DNA of 59,876 nucleotides, the filler included. It is 4 parts of 4 records of this genome, joined end to end, with 100 filler letters (N's around TTAATTAATTAA, not from the genome) between each part and the next. Parts side by side here need not be neighbours in the genome. Positions count along the whole stretch, not along the records: positions 23,446 to 43,443 come from SRR22947725_2406; 3 more parts are not named here. One strand, written 5' to 3'. The notes under the pieces were generated by a model. The model had not been told where the DNA came from and ran no database searches. It saw only the letters and a list, made by a program, of their open reading frames with translations. The translations under genes and the position numbers were made by a program. This document shows positions 28,737 to 38,140 of this stretch, in pieces. The stretch's first letter is position 1, and the number at the start of each line of letters is the position of its first letter.

Positions 28737-29582
28737 TTATTGAACTCTAATTTTAGCCAAGAAAGCATTGTAAGTTGTTGTTTCTTCGGATGTAATCCAA
28801 AAGGTTTTGGCATCTATAATGCTTATTGCTTCAATTTGTGCCCCATTAAAATCAAGGTCATATTGAGAGATATTTGCATCCGCTACGGCAGACAGCGAGA
28901 AGTTGTCGATCACATATAAATACTGGTTATCGTCTCTTCTATAGCCTGTCAGTGCCAAGGTTTTACTCTCTTGGTGGTAATCAGCTCCTGTTATCAGCGA
29001 CCCTACAGCCAAAGACCCCATTTTTGTTGCAGGCCCTCCTGAAGGCGAAATCACATAAACCTCGGAAGTAAGCGTACTTCGATTTTTGGTAAAAACCACC
29101 ATTTTATTTTCGACAACGACAATGCCTTCCGCATCAAAGTGAGTGTACTGTTGAAAGTCAAAATTATCTTGCTCTGGATAATGAAAGGGAATGGAATCTA
29201 AAGTGGTAGCACCTCCATTAATTAAGTCTATTTCTAGCAGGTGTAGGTTTTTTCGGGTTCCGAAATTATTTCCCATATCAGCAACAAGCATATTGCCGTT
29301 GACAATTGTCATGTCTTCCCAGTCAATGTTTGTTTTGGTGGTGTATCTTTTATCTAGGAGTGCTCCTTTAGTGCTTATGGCGTAAAGCGCAGCTTCGTTT
29401 CCAGAATCGTTTAGGGTCCATAGTGTATCATTGAGTTTAGCAAGTCCTGAGGTTTCTTCGAGGATATCAGGCAGGGTGTATTTTTCTACAGTCTTAACGA
29501 TACGTTCTTCGTTACTAGAATTGTTTGCTGATTGGCAGCCAATGAGTGTGCTAAAGACTAAAAAAACAAAAAGTATTCTCAT
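28737..29582 (-). CDS. Beta-propeller-like lipoprotein in the phytase operon
   Basis: Lipobox LIGC; ETSGL, LNDSGN, DWEDM, DMGNN, FDAEG; ATG overlaps the phytase stop. Confidence 0.7.
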   Translation of the reverse strand: MRILFVFLVFSTLIGCQSANNSSNEERIVKTVEKYTLPDILEETSGLAKLNDTLWTLNDSGNEAALYAISTKGALLDKRYTTKTNIDWEDMTIVNGNMLVADMGNNFGTRKNLHLLEIDLINGGATTLDSIPFHYPEQDNFDFQQYTHFDAEGIVVVENKMVVFTKNRSTLTSEVYVISPSGGPATKMGSLAVGSLITGADYHQESKTLALTGYRRDDNQYLYVIDNFSLSAVADANISQYDLDFNGAQIEAISIIDAKTFWITSEETTTYNAFLAKIRVQ

Positions 29583-30601
29583 GGAATTAAGTGCGGTTGA
29601 ATATGAGTCCAATTTACGTATTTAAAATTTTGTGGGAGGTCGCCATTATCTCCATCTTGTACGATAAGTAATCCGTCAGGGAAAGCTTCCGTTGCTAATG
29701 CGGTTACATCTAGTCCGTCGGTTTCTTGCACGCCGTCCACAACACTATCTTTGATTTGAATAATAGTTACGAGTTCTAGCGTTACCCGATCAATAAATGC
29801 ATAGGCATTTGATCCTTGTACAGACATAACAATCCATCCGCTGCCGCCTTTGTTTTCACGAAGGGCAAGCCCTTCAAAGTCAGCTTTTAGTTTATCGTTA
29901 TCTACCTTTAAAATCATGGTTTTTTCAGCCGCTTGCCAAGGCAATGCATTTAACTGCCACAGTCCGCGTTCTTCCTCAGCGACATATAATTTTTTATTGG
30001 TTGGGTCAACCACAAGTCCTTCGACGGTTTTGCCAAATTTTAGCTTACGGACCAATGCAATTTGCGCCTTATTTTCTTTAAGCCCAACTTGATACTGCCA
30101 TACCTTTCCCTTCTTTGTACTGATAATAATATAAGGCTGTTCGCCAAGATAGGTGGTAATGCCATAGACTTCTTTCAAAGGCACTTTAATGTCTTGAATG
30201 TGTGTCAGTGTTCCATCTGGGTTGAGAAATGCAAAAGTTATGGTCTCTCTTGTGCGATTAGATGCACAAATCAGAGGCAGGTCATTTTTGAGCATGTTGT
30301 TTGGCAAAAAAAGCGCCACATTATTGGGCCTTCCCACTGGATATTGGTGTAGTTTTTTTCCTTGCAGATTGTAGGTGATAAGTCCATATTTTTTATCTGT
30401 AGCCACCACAATAGATGCTGCAGCGTTGTTGGGGTTTTCCCAAATACAGATGTCGTCAGCGGCATCGTCATGAGACACAACGGCTTCGGTTTCTAGGGTG
30501 GCTTCAACTTGGGGAAAAGCAAAAGAGCGAACCGAAGTCCGCTCTTGTGCCATTACCGCGAAACCCAAAAAAAGCGTGAAGATTCCAGAGATGTAATTCA
30601 T
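29579..30601 (-). CDS. Beta-propeller phytase (3-phytase)
   Basis: DAADDICIW, VEGLVVD, YVAEE, ADFEGLAL, ETDGLDV, FPDGLLIVQDG, QNFKYV. Confidence 0.9.
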   Translation of the reverse strand: MNYISGIFTLFLGFAVMAQERTSVRSFAFPQVEATLETEAVVSHDDAADDICIWENPNNAAASIVVATDKKYGLITYNLQGKKLHQYPVGRPNNVALFLPNNMLKNDLPLICASNRTRETITFAFLNPDGTLTHIQDIKVPLKEVYGITTYLGEQPYIIISTKKGKVWQYQVGLKENKAQIALVRKLKFGKTVEGLVVDPTNKKLYVAEEERGLWQLNALPWQAAEKTMILKVDNDKLKADFEGLALRENKGGSGWIVMSVQGSNAYAFIDRVTLELVTIIQIKDSVVDGVQETDGLDVTALATEAFPDGLLIVQDGDNGDLPQNFKYVNWTHIQPHLIP

Positions 30602-33120
30602 TATAAATCTATTTTAAGACCTAAGTTCCAGCTCATTTGGTAGTACTCAAGTTGCATCGTTTTTTCTTTGCTTCCTTGGTAGTAACGCAAGGGTTGATTT
30701 GTTAAGTTTTTAGCTTCAGCAAATAAACGAATTTTATCCGTTAGATTGTATGATGCGTTAAGGTCTAAGAACTTTTGCTCGTCATAGTAACGATCTTCCC
30801 AAGCGTCTCCACCTAGCTCATCAAGCTGCTCGCCAGCGTAGTTATACGACGCTCTCACAAAAAATTTGTCTGTCTCATAAGCCAACGAAACATTGTACAT
30901 GTTCTCAACGGCACCGGCAAGGGGTACATCATTTCTGCCTTCAACGCTATCCGTTTCAGAATCTGTGAACGTGTAGTTAGCTGCTACATTAAGGTTATCG
31001 ATTAGCTCTTTTTGAATAGCCAATTCAATCCCAAAAACGCTTGCGCTTTTACCATTTCTTTTTTGTGTAAACTCATAGTCTGTATTACCCGCATAAGTGT
31101 ACCCATCAGTGGAGTAGGTGTAAATCCAGTTGTCAATGGACTTGTAAAATAAACCACCCGAAATAATCCCCGTATTTCCGATATATTTTTCAGCCATAAG
31201 ATCGAAGCTGTTTGCTAGCGTGGCTTCAAGTTCAGAATTTCCAAATTCAACTTCCGAATCATCAGAATTTGAATATTGGTATGGTACCAAGTCATAGTAA
31301 TCAGGTCTAGCTAAAGATCGTGAGTAAGCGATTGTCACGTTTAAATCGTTAGAGAAATCGTATCTAATATTTATACTTGGTAAGAAATTAGTATAATCTT
31401 TACCACCTGAAGTTTCTGAAATATCAGCAGGGGTTTCACCGGTTTCTTCGTCAAAAATTTGACCTATGTAGCTCAGGTCTGTTTTTTCGATACGAACACC
31501 TGCCACTATTGTAGTGTTATCACCAATTTTATTCGTTGTCATGACATATCCAGCCGTAATGGTTTCATCTGCTGAATAATTTGCACCTGCAAATTCGTCC
31601 ATTACATAGCTGTCAAAATTAGCTCCATCTGCACCACCCAGTGTAAGACCACCTAAGTAACGTGCATCCATGAAGTTACCCATCACGTATTTACTTCCTG
31701 GCTCGTAGCTATCAACATTAGCATTAAATAAAGGAACCGTATTTAAGTTCCCAAGACCCATATCGTGCTCATACCAAACGTCGTCACGCATTTTAGACTG
31801 GTCTTTGTATGCAGCACCAAACTTAAGTGTAGAAGCTTCCGCGTAAGGCAATTCAAAGTTGATTTTGAATTGATTGTTTTTTTCATCTGTGTACTTCTGT
31901 GCCTCTTCTGTTTTTTTGTATTCAAAACTGCTGTCTGTGTTCCAAGAATCATCTGCGAAGTTTAAGTATGGACGGTCAAGGTTAGAAATATCCCAAGGAG
32001 TTCCGTTTGCATTTGCAGTATAAGGTACTGGATCATATTGGTAACGTGTGTAACGCTCATCAGGACGGTGTTCGCTTGCTTTGGCTGTAGAAACTTTCCA
32101 ATCGATAGCTAAGTTTCCGGCTTGGTGCTCACCTCCTAAAGTATATTTTTCTAATCGTTGATCTTCTAAGCGACGCGCGTTATTTTCATCGTTGTCTATA
32201 CCTCCTTTTGTTTGTTTGCGAATCGTAAGTTCTTCGTCTTCATAAATTGCTCTCCAACGGAAACGATTTTCCCAATCGTCACGGTGGTTATATATTGATT
32301 TAAAATACAAATAATTGTTTTCGTCAATGTTGTAATCAAGATTTAATGAAGCAGAGCGTCGTGTACGCTTTACATCATACCTGCGTATGTCCATTTCTTC
32401 TATTTCACCTTTGTTAACATCAGTCCAATCTGCTGGGTCGTTCCAAGCAAACTCAACATTGTCTGAACCGTAGTCACGTGTTTGGACAGTAGAACTAAAG
32501 GTGTAGCTAAATTTGTCAGATAGTTTATCTGCAACAACAACGGCAAAGTTTGAACTGCTTCCTCCGCTACGAATTGGGTTTCCACCACCACCAACAGTAA
32601 GTGATGCACGAAACTCGTTAGGGTTAGAACGTGTAATTAAATTTACAGAGCCACCAATAGCGTCTCCTTCCATATCAGGTGTTAATGATTTTTTCACAAC
32701 AATCGCCTCAATCATATTTGTTGGTATAAGGTCAAGTTGAACGTTTCTATTGTCACCCTCGGCAGAAGGCAAACGATCGCCATTTAAAGTTACAGAGTTC
32801 AACTGCGTACCAAATCCACGCATTACGATATTACGCGCTTCACCTTGGTCATTTTGAACACTTATACCAGAGATTCTGCGAAGTGCTTCGCCGACATTGT
32901 CGTCTGGGTATTTACCTGCTTGGTCAGCGGTAACAACATTTGTTATGTTTAAGTTTTTCTTTTGCTGTTTTAGCGCTTTGGATAAACTCCCAAAATAGCC
33001 ATCAACGACAACTTCCTCTAACGATGTAACTACAATAGAGTCTTTTTTTTGTTCTTTTTCTTGTGCTTGCAGCATGATTCCGCCAAGCAAAAATGTAAGT
33101 AGTAATTTATTGATTTTCAT
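30601..33120 (-). CDS. TonB-dependent receptor (phytase-associated)
   Basis: Plug motifs PDDNVGEALRRISG and MEGDAIGGSVNL; barrel; NLTNQPLRYYQG. Confidence 0.92.
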   Translation of the reverse strand: MKINKLLLTFLLGGIMLQAQEKEQKKDSIVVTSLEEVVVDGYFGSLSKALKQQKKNLNITNVVTADQAGKYPDDNVGEALRRISGISVQNDQGEARNIVMRGFGTQLNSVTLNGDRLPSAEGDNRNVQLDLIPTNMIEAIVVKKSLTPDMEGDAIGGSVNLITRSNPNEFRASLTVGGGGNPIRSGGSSSNFAVVVADKLSDKFSYTFSSTVQTRDYGSDNVEFAWNDPADWTDVNKGEIEEMDIRRYDVKRTRRSASLNLDYNIDENNYLYFKSIYNHRDDWENRFRWRAIYEDEELTIRKQTKGGIDNDENNARRLEDQRLEKYTLGGEHQAGNLAIDWKVSTAKASEHRPDERYTRYQYDPVPYTANANGTPWDISNLDRPYLNFADDSWNTDSSFEYKKTEEAQKYTDEKNNQFKINFELPYAEASTLKFGAAYKDQSKMRDDVWYEHDMGLGNLNTVPLFNANVDSYEPGSKYVMGNFMDARYLGGLTLGGADGANFDSYVMDEFAGANYSADETITAGYVMTTNKIGDNTTIVAGVRIEKTDLSYIGQIFDEETGETPADISETSGGKDYTNFLPSINIRYDFSNDLNVTIAYSRSLARPDYYDLVPYQYSNSDDSEVEFGNSELEATLANSFDLMAEKYIGNTGIISGGLFYKSIDNWIYTYSTDGYTYAGNTDYEFTQKRNGKSASVFGIELAIQKELIDNLNVAANYTFTDSETDSVEGRNDVPLAGAVENMYNVSLAYETDKFFVRASYNYAGEQLDELGGDAWEDRYYDEQKFLDLNASYNLTDKIRLFAEAKNLTNQPLRYYQGSKEKTMQLEYYQMSWNLGLKIDL

Positions 33121-33271
33121 TATAATTATAGTTTTAGCAAATAACTACTTCATGTATTAATTGAAATTAATGTGAAGTTTAATTCTATTTAAACAGTTTG
33201 TTAGTTAAACCACACTGAAACTTTAAGGCATTGTTAATTGACATTTCACAATTACCCCCTATCTTTAACAC

Positions 33272-33502
33272 ATGGGGCAACAGGTGGTTTTAAGTTTTTT
33301 TTCTTACGATAAAAACAAGTTTTGGGCATTCACCCAAATGCAACGCGCCATCCCACAATTACAACAACAACCTGGTATACAGTTTTTCAGAACCCTTGGT
33401 ACAGGTGCCGGTTTGGGCTTTAGCCTATGGCCTGACTTTTCGACCTATGCACTGCTTACCATTTTTAGTGGATTTAAGACCTCTTCACCAGTTATTCAAT
33501 GA
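33272..33502 (+). pseudogene. N-terminal fragment of a CrtA/spheroidene-monooxygenase-like protein, interrupted near 33460
   Basis: WAFTQMQ...PGIQFFRTLGTGAGLGFSLWPDFSTYALL, then unrelated sequence and a stop. Confidence 0.6.
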
Positions 33503-33658
33503 TTGAACCGTTACATTTAATACCTTAGAGACTTCATTTCGGGTTAAATATTCGGTGTCCTCACCAGTAATTGTCAACCTGTTTAATGGTTTTCCAATTG
33601 ATCGTTGACGATTCAGTTCCAATTTAACACCTTCTTTGATTATGCCGACCAAGGATAA
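33458..33658 (-). pseudogene. Decayed excisionase-like HTH gene
   Basis: Own translation ...EYLTRNEVSKVLNVTVQSLNNW-stop, continuing VLNPLK after a frameshift. Confidence 0.65.
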
Positions 33659-33997
33659 TATATGGCGAGAATACTGGTTGCTCGAGAGGTTGCTCCACAG
33701 GTTTAAATCCTTGTTATTTCGTTTGATTTCTATTTACTATCCCCGCTGGCGCGCGTCTGCCTATCGGTAGACAGCGTGCTAAACCTATAAAAGCCTGGTG
33801 TTATTAATAAATCGAGTATGAAATTGAAAGGTTTCATAAGCAGGTATTGGGTTACCTAAAGACACAATTTTTTTGAGTTGTGCTTGTCGCTTATTAGTTG
33901 GCAGGTCTGTATTAGCAGAGTTTTTGCGCTTTACCCCTAATACCAACAAATACAGTCAGTTGTTATCCAATTGTTTCGCTAACCATTTGTAAGACAC

Positions 33998-34005
33998 TAT
34001 ATTTG
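33998..34005 (+). promoter_or_regulatory. Bacteroidota -7 promoter element TAnnTTTG
   Basis: TATATTTG upstream of the glycosyltransferase; same motif on the minus strand at 36301-36308, 39220-39227 and 41221-41228 ahead of gene starts. Confidence 0.65.
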
Positions 34006-34037
34006 CAAAAATTATTTTTTTAATAATTTAAACAACA

Positions 34038-35558
34038 ATGCATATGTCATTTGAATGGGTCGATGTTTTAGCCCCGCTTTCTATTGTTCTGATGATCGTA
34101 TATGCTTTATGCTTGATTCTTATCTTCTTTTACGCACTGAGTCAGTTGAGCTTGCTGCTCAATTACCTAAAGCAAAAAAATAAAACCCAGCAAGAATCTG
34201 TTTTTGATCTTGCAAACAGCGACGAAACACCATTTATTACGATTCAATTGCCTGTTTATAACGAGTTGTATGTCATCGAACGCTTGCTCGATTGTGTGTC
34301 TAAAATTGAATACCCCAAAGAAAAATTAGAAGTTCAGGTTCTTGACGACTCCACAGATGAGTCGGTAGAAATCACCTCAAAAAAAGTTGCTGAATTAAAT
34401 GCGCAGGGACACAACATTATTCATGTGCGAAGAACTACCCGCAAGGGGTTTAAGGCAGGTGCGCTCAAAGAAGGGCTGAAGACTGCCAAAGGAGAGTACA
34501 TTGCTATTTTCGATGCCGATTTTACGCCAAAAAAAGATTGGTTACTGCAAACCATCCCCTACTTTAAAAATCAAAAAATAGGCGTTGTACAAACCCGTTG
34601 GGGACACATCAACCGCGACTTTTCCATACTGACCAAAGTTCAAGCCTTTGCGCTTGATATGCATTTTACATTAGAACAAGTAGGGAGAAACTACGGCGGG
34701 CATTTTATGAATTTTAACGGAACAGCGGGGGTTTGGCGTAAGGCCTGTATCGAAGATGCCGGAAATTGGGAGGGAGACACCCTAACGGAAGACCTCGACC
34801 TAAGCTACCGTGCACAACTCAAAGGCTGGAAATTTAAGTATTTGGAGGATGTGGTCACCCCTGCGGAGCTTCCTGTAGTAATGAGTGCGATTCGATCCCA
34901 ACAGTTTCGATGGAACAAAGGAGGCGCCGAGAACTTTCAGAAAATGATTCGCAAGGTGTGTATTGAACCAAATCTTGGACTAAAAACACGGCTGCATGCC
35001 ATCATGCATTTGCTTAACAGTAGCATGTTTTTATCGGTTTTGATGGTTGCGATTTTGAGCATTCCCATGCTGTACATCAAAAATGTGGGCGGACAGCACG
35101 CTTGGTTTTTCAACGTAACAAGTTTGTTTATTATCAGTACAGTAATCTTTTTTATCTGTTATTGGTATACCTACAAACGTATTCATGGGGGCGGCTTTTT
35201 TAATTTTATAGAGTTTATCAAAAGCTTTGTGACTTTTTATGCCATAGCCATGGGGTTTTCAGTCCATAACGCAGCGGCAGTTATTGAAGGACACCGTGGG
35301 AAACGCAGTGAATTTGTTCGGACGCCAAAATTCAATATAGCCAAGTTTAAAGACAACTTGAAAAAGAATAAATATTTGCAGAAAAATATTTCTAAAAACA
35401 CCCTTTTGGAGGGGTTTTTAATGTTGTATTTCCTCTTTGGAATGACAAGTGCTTTCTTTGTGGGACAAACAGGCGACTTTGGCCTATTCCCTTTTCACTT
35501 GCTCTTATTTATTGGGTTTGGTGTTGTTACCTACAGTTCTGTTAAAAACCGTATTTAA
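34038..35558 (+). CDS. Glycosyltransferase family 2 (cellulose-synthase-like)
   Basis: IQLPVYNE, LDDSTD, FDADF, TEDLDL, QQFRW. Confidence 0.9.
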   Translation: MHMSFEWVDVLAPLSIVLMIVYALCLILIFFYALSQLSLLLNYLKQKNKTQQESVFDLANSDETPFITIQLPVYNELYVIERLLDCVSKIEYPKEKLEVQVLDDSTDESVEITSKKVAELNAQGHNIIHVRRTTRKGFKAGALKEGLKTAKGEYIAIFDADFTPKKDWLLQTIPYFKNQKIGVVQTRWGHINRDFSILTKVQAFALDMHFTLEQVGRNYGGHFMNFNGTAGVWRKACIEDAGNWEGDTLTEDLDLSYRAQLKGWKFKYLEDVVTPAELPVVMSAIRSQQFRWNKGGAENFQKMIRKVCIEPNLGLKTRLHAIMHLLNSSMFLSVLMVAILSIPMLYIKNVGGQHAWFFNVTSLFIISTVIFFICYWYTYKRIHGGGFFNFIEFIKSFVTFYAIAMGFSVHNAAAVIEGHRGKRSEFVRTPKFNIAKFKDNLKKNKYLQKNISKNTLLEGFLMLYFLFGMTSAFFVGQTGDFGLFPFHLLLFIGFGVVTYSSVKNRI

Positions 35559-36296
35559 CTACAGCATTTTTAACTGCTGTACTTCCGTTTGCGTTAAGTG
35601 ACGCCAATGGCCTCGAGGGAGGTCTTTTTTGGTTAAGCCAGCAAACATCACACGGTCTAGTGCAACAATTTCATAGCCCAAATGTTCAAATAATTTTCTT
35701 GCTACACGGTTTCTACTCGATTGTAGCGCAACGCCTATTTCGCGTTTTGATGCCCCATGAACATAGCTAATTTCTTCAGATTTTATCACACTGCCGTCTA
35801 CAGAAACGCCATCGCGAATTTGTTGTAAATCCCCAGTTTTAACCACTTTGTCCAATACCACATGGTACAGGGTTTTCGCGCCACTGCTAGGGTTTGTTAA
35901 TTTCTTCGCTAGATCACCATCATTCGTAAAAAAAAGCAGGCCTGTAGTGGGGCGTTCAAGCCTTCCTACGGGTACGATACGGGCTTTAGTCGCATTGGCA
36001 ACCAACTCCATTACGGTTTTCCGTCCTTTCTCATCTCGAGTGTTTGTAATAAAGCCTTTGGGCTTATTTAATAGTACGTAGGTAGGCTTTTCGGATTGTA
36101 ATTTGCGCCCATCAAAATGCACAACGTCACTAGGCTTGACTTTATAGCCCATCTCGGTCATAACTTTATTGTTCACCTTTACCATGCCCAATTGAATGTG
36201 CATATCGGCTTCTCTACGAGAGCAGATGCCCGCGTGAGCGATAAATTTATTTAGTCGAATTCCTGTTGTTTCCTTTTGAGGTTGGCCTTTTTTCAT
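35559..36296 (-). CDS. rRNA pseudouridine synthase (RluB/RsuA family)
   Basis: S4 domain RLNKFIAHAGICSRREAD, LNKPKG, PVGRLE (E at the usual catalytic D). Confidence 0.85.
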   Translation of the reverse strand: MKKGQPQKETTGIRLNKFIAHAGICSRREADMHIQLGMVKVNNKVMTEMGYKVKPSDVVHFDGRKLQSEKPTYVLLNKPKGFITNTRDEKGRKTVMELVANATKARIVPVGRLERPTTGLLFFTNDGDLAKKLTNPSSGAKTLYHVVLDKVVKTGDLQQIRDGVSVDGSVIKSEEISYVHGASKREIGVALQSSRNRVARKLFEHLGYEIVALDRVMFAGLTKKDLPRGHWRHLTQTEVQQLKML

Positions 36297-36314
36297 GCTG
36301 CAAAAATAAGAAGG

Positions 36315-37199
36315 CTATTCGGTTACACGTAGTAAAGGCAAACATATTATTCCTAATACTAAAATAAATCGAACGAATTGAAGAAGCATACCCATATTTC
36401 GAGTGGTTGAAGTACGCCATAACAACACCACAAAAACTGCAAGCATCACAAAGGCTAGGGCAAAATAGTAACGCATGGCATTTAGCTCAAAAAATGTGTT
36501 CAATACCACAATAACGAGCAACGCACAGCTAACAAGTATGCTAATAAACCGTTTTGTTTTTAGCTCACCCCAAACCACAGGATAGGTTTGATAATTCTGT
36601 ACAAGATCTCCTTTAATATTATAGAGGTCCTTCACAAATTCGCGGATGCTTATCAAAGTATATAGGTATGCTGCATGCACAAAAATTTCAACAGAAAAGT
36701 TCGTGTAATAGACTGTAATAGCAAAAAAAGGGAGAATTGTAAGTAGCGTGCTGGTTAGGGTGCCAAACCATAAGTTGCGTTTTAAAAACGATGAGTATAA
36801 AAACATAGCAACCATATAGGCTGTGAAAAATAGTACTGTTCGAAACGATACATACGAAGCTACCAATAGTGCCAATACAGAACAAGCAAAGTATACTCCC
36901 AGCTTTGTTTTAGCAGAAATATGACGTTCTAATAGCGTTTTTTCAGGACGATTAATCAGATCCTTCTCCTCATCAAAAAAGGCATTAAAAATATACCCGC
37001 CCGAAACGCTAAATCCAGTAGCCAACACGATAAGCCAAAGGTTTATGTCTAAAAGAGTTGGGAGGATGTCATGCGATGAAAAAATAAAAAGTGAGGTTAA
37101 GATTTGAGCCAACATTAGGACGGCAATATTTACACCACGCACCAAAGAAAACAGTCCAATTGCTTTTAAAAACAACTGCGTTTTTGGTGTTTTGCTCAT
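36315..37199 (-). CDS. UbiA-family prenyltransferase (geranylgeranylglycerol-phosphate geranylgeranyltransferase-like)
   Basis: GGYIFNAFFDEEKDLINRP, REFVKDL..IKGD; multi-TM. Confidence 0.8.
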   Translation of the reverse strand: MSKTPKTQLFLKAIGLFSLVRGVNIAVLMLAQILTSLFIFSSHDILPTLLDINLWLIVLATGFSVSGGYIFNAFFDEEKDLINRPEKTLLERHISAKTKLGVYFACSVLALLVASYVSFRTVLFFTAYMVAMFLYSSFLKRNLWFGTLTSTLLTILPFFAITVYYTNFSVEIFVHAAYLYTLISIREFVKDLYNIKGDLVQNYQTYPVVWGELKTKRFISILVSCALLVIVVLNTFFELNAMRYYFALAFVMLAVFVVLLWRTSTTRNMGMLLQFVRFILVLGIICLPLLRVTE

Positions 37200-37200
37200 C

Positions 37201-38130
37201 TTAGAAAGTATAAACAACCTCTATCTGGTGATCGGCCAGTAGGGTTTTTGCGTGTGTCAAGTCTTGTGTGAATCCAAGAATATAGCCACCACCTCCAGAG
37301 CCACAAAGCTTTAGGTAATAGGCGTTGGTTTCTAATCCTTTTTTCCAAAGTCCAAGAAAGCGCTTTGGAATCATCGGAGAAAAGTTATGTAAAACTACAG
37401 ATGAAAGTGTTTTTACATCTGAAAAAAGTGCTTTTACATCACCGCTTAAAAAGTGCTCAATGCAACGGTCTGAAGTAGCAATAAATTCATCTTTCATCAT
37501 TTTTCGAAACGCAGGCGCTTCAAAATTGTCTAAAAATACAGAGACAAGCGGAGCCGTTTCGCTGGTCATACCGCTATCGAGTAAAAAAACAGCAGCTTTA
37601 CCATGTTGGGATTGCGATGGAATTCCCGTAGGCTCTATGTCTGACGTTGATTTTATAAGTATCGGTAAACTCAAAAAACTGTTTAGGGGATCTAGACCCG
37701 AAGATTTCCCATGGAAAAAAGATTCCATAGCAGCAAAAATAGTCTTGAGTTTCGTGAGTTTTGTGCGAGTAAGGTTTTCTAAAACAGTAATTTTATTTAG
37801 TGCGTAGCGGTCGTAAATAGCCGCAACTAAAGCGCCACTACTTCCGACACCGTATCCTTGTGGAATACTGCTGTCAAAATACATGCCTTTGGCCAAATCG
37901 GATTCTAGACGCTGAAGTTCGAACGTTACTAATTCGCTATCAATACTTTTTAGATGTTGCGTGAACGCTTGAAGCTTTTGATTGGAGGAAACCGCAGCTT
38001 CAGTAGTGTTGTTGTCCAAACGGAGTGCCCCTTTGTAAAAGTTGTAAGGAATAGAAAGACCCTTAGAGTCTTTAATAATTCCATACTCACCAAAGAGTAA
38101 AATTTTCGCGTAAAACAAAGGTCCTTTCAC
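37201..38130 (-). CDS. mvk: Mevalonate kinase
   Basis: KILLFGEY, PQGYGVGSSGA, KLCGSGGGG. Confidence 0.88.
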   Translation of the reverse strand: MKGPLFYAKILLFGEYGIIKDSKGLSIPYNFYKGALRLDNNTTEAAVSSNQKLQAFTQHLKSIDSELVTFELQRLESDLAKGMYFDSSIPQGYGVGSSGALVAAIYDRYALNKITVLENLTRTKLTKLKTIFAAMESFFHGKSSGLDPLNSFLSLPILIKSTSDIEPTGIPSQSQHGKAAVFLLDSGMTSETAPLVSVFLDNFEAPAFRKMMKDEFIATSDRCIEHFLSGDVKALFSDVKTLSSVVLHNFSPMIPKRFLGLWKKGLETNAYYLKLCGSGGGGYILGFTQDLTHAKTLLADHQIEVVYTF

Positions 38131-38140
38131 ATCAACAAAC

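Noticed and set aside
33741-33780. GC-rich imperfect palindrome resembling Bacteroidota REP-like repeats
   Set aside because: Single degenerate copy; cannot be supported from this window.
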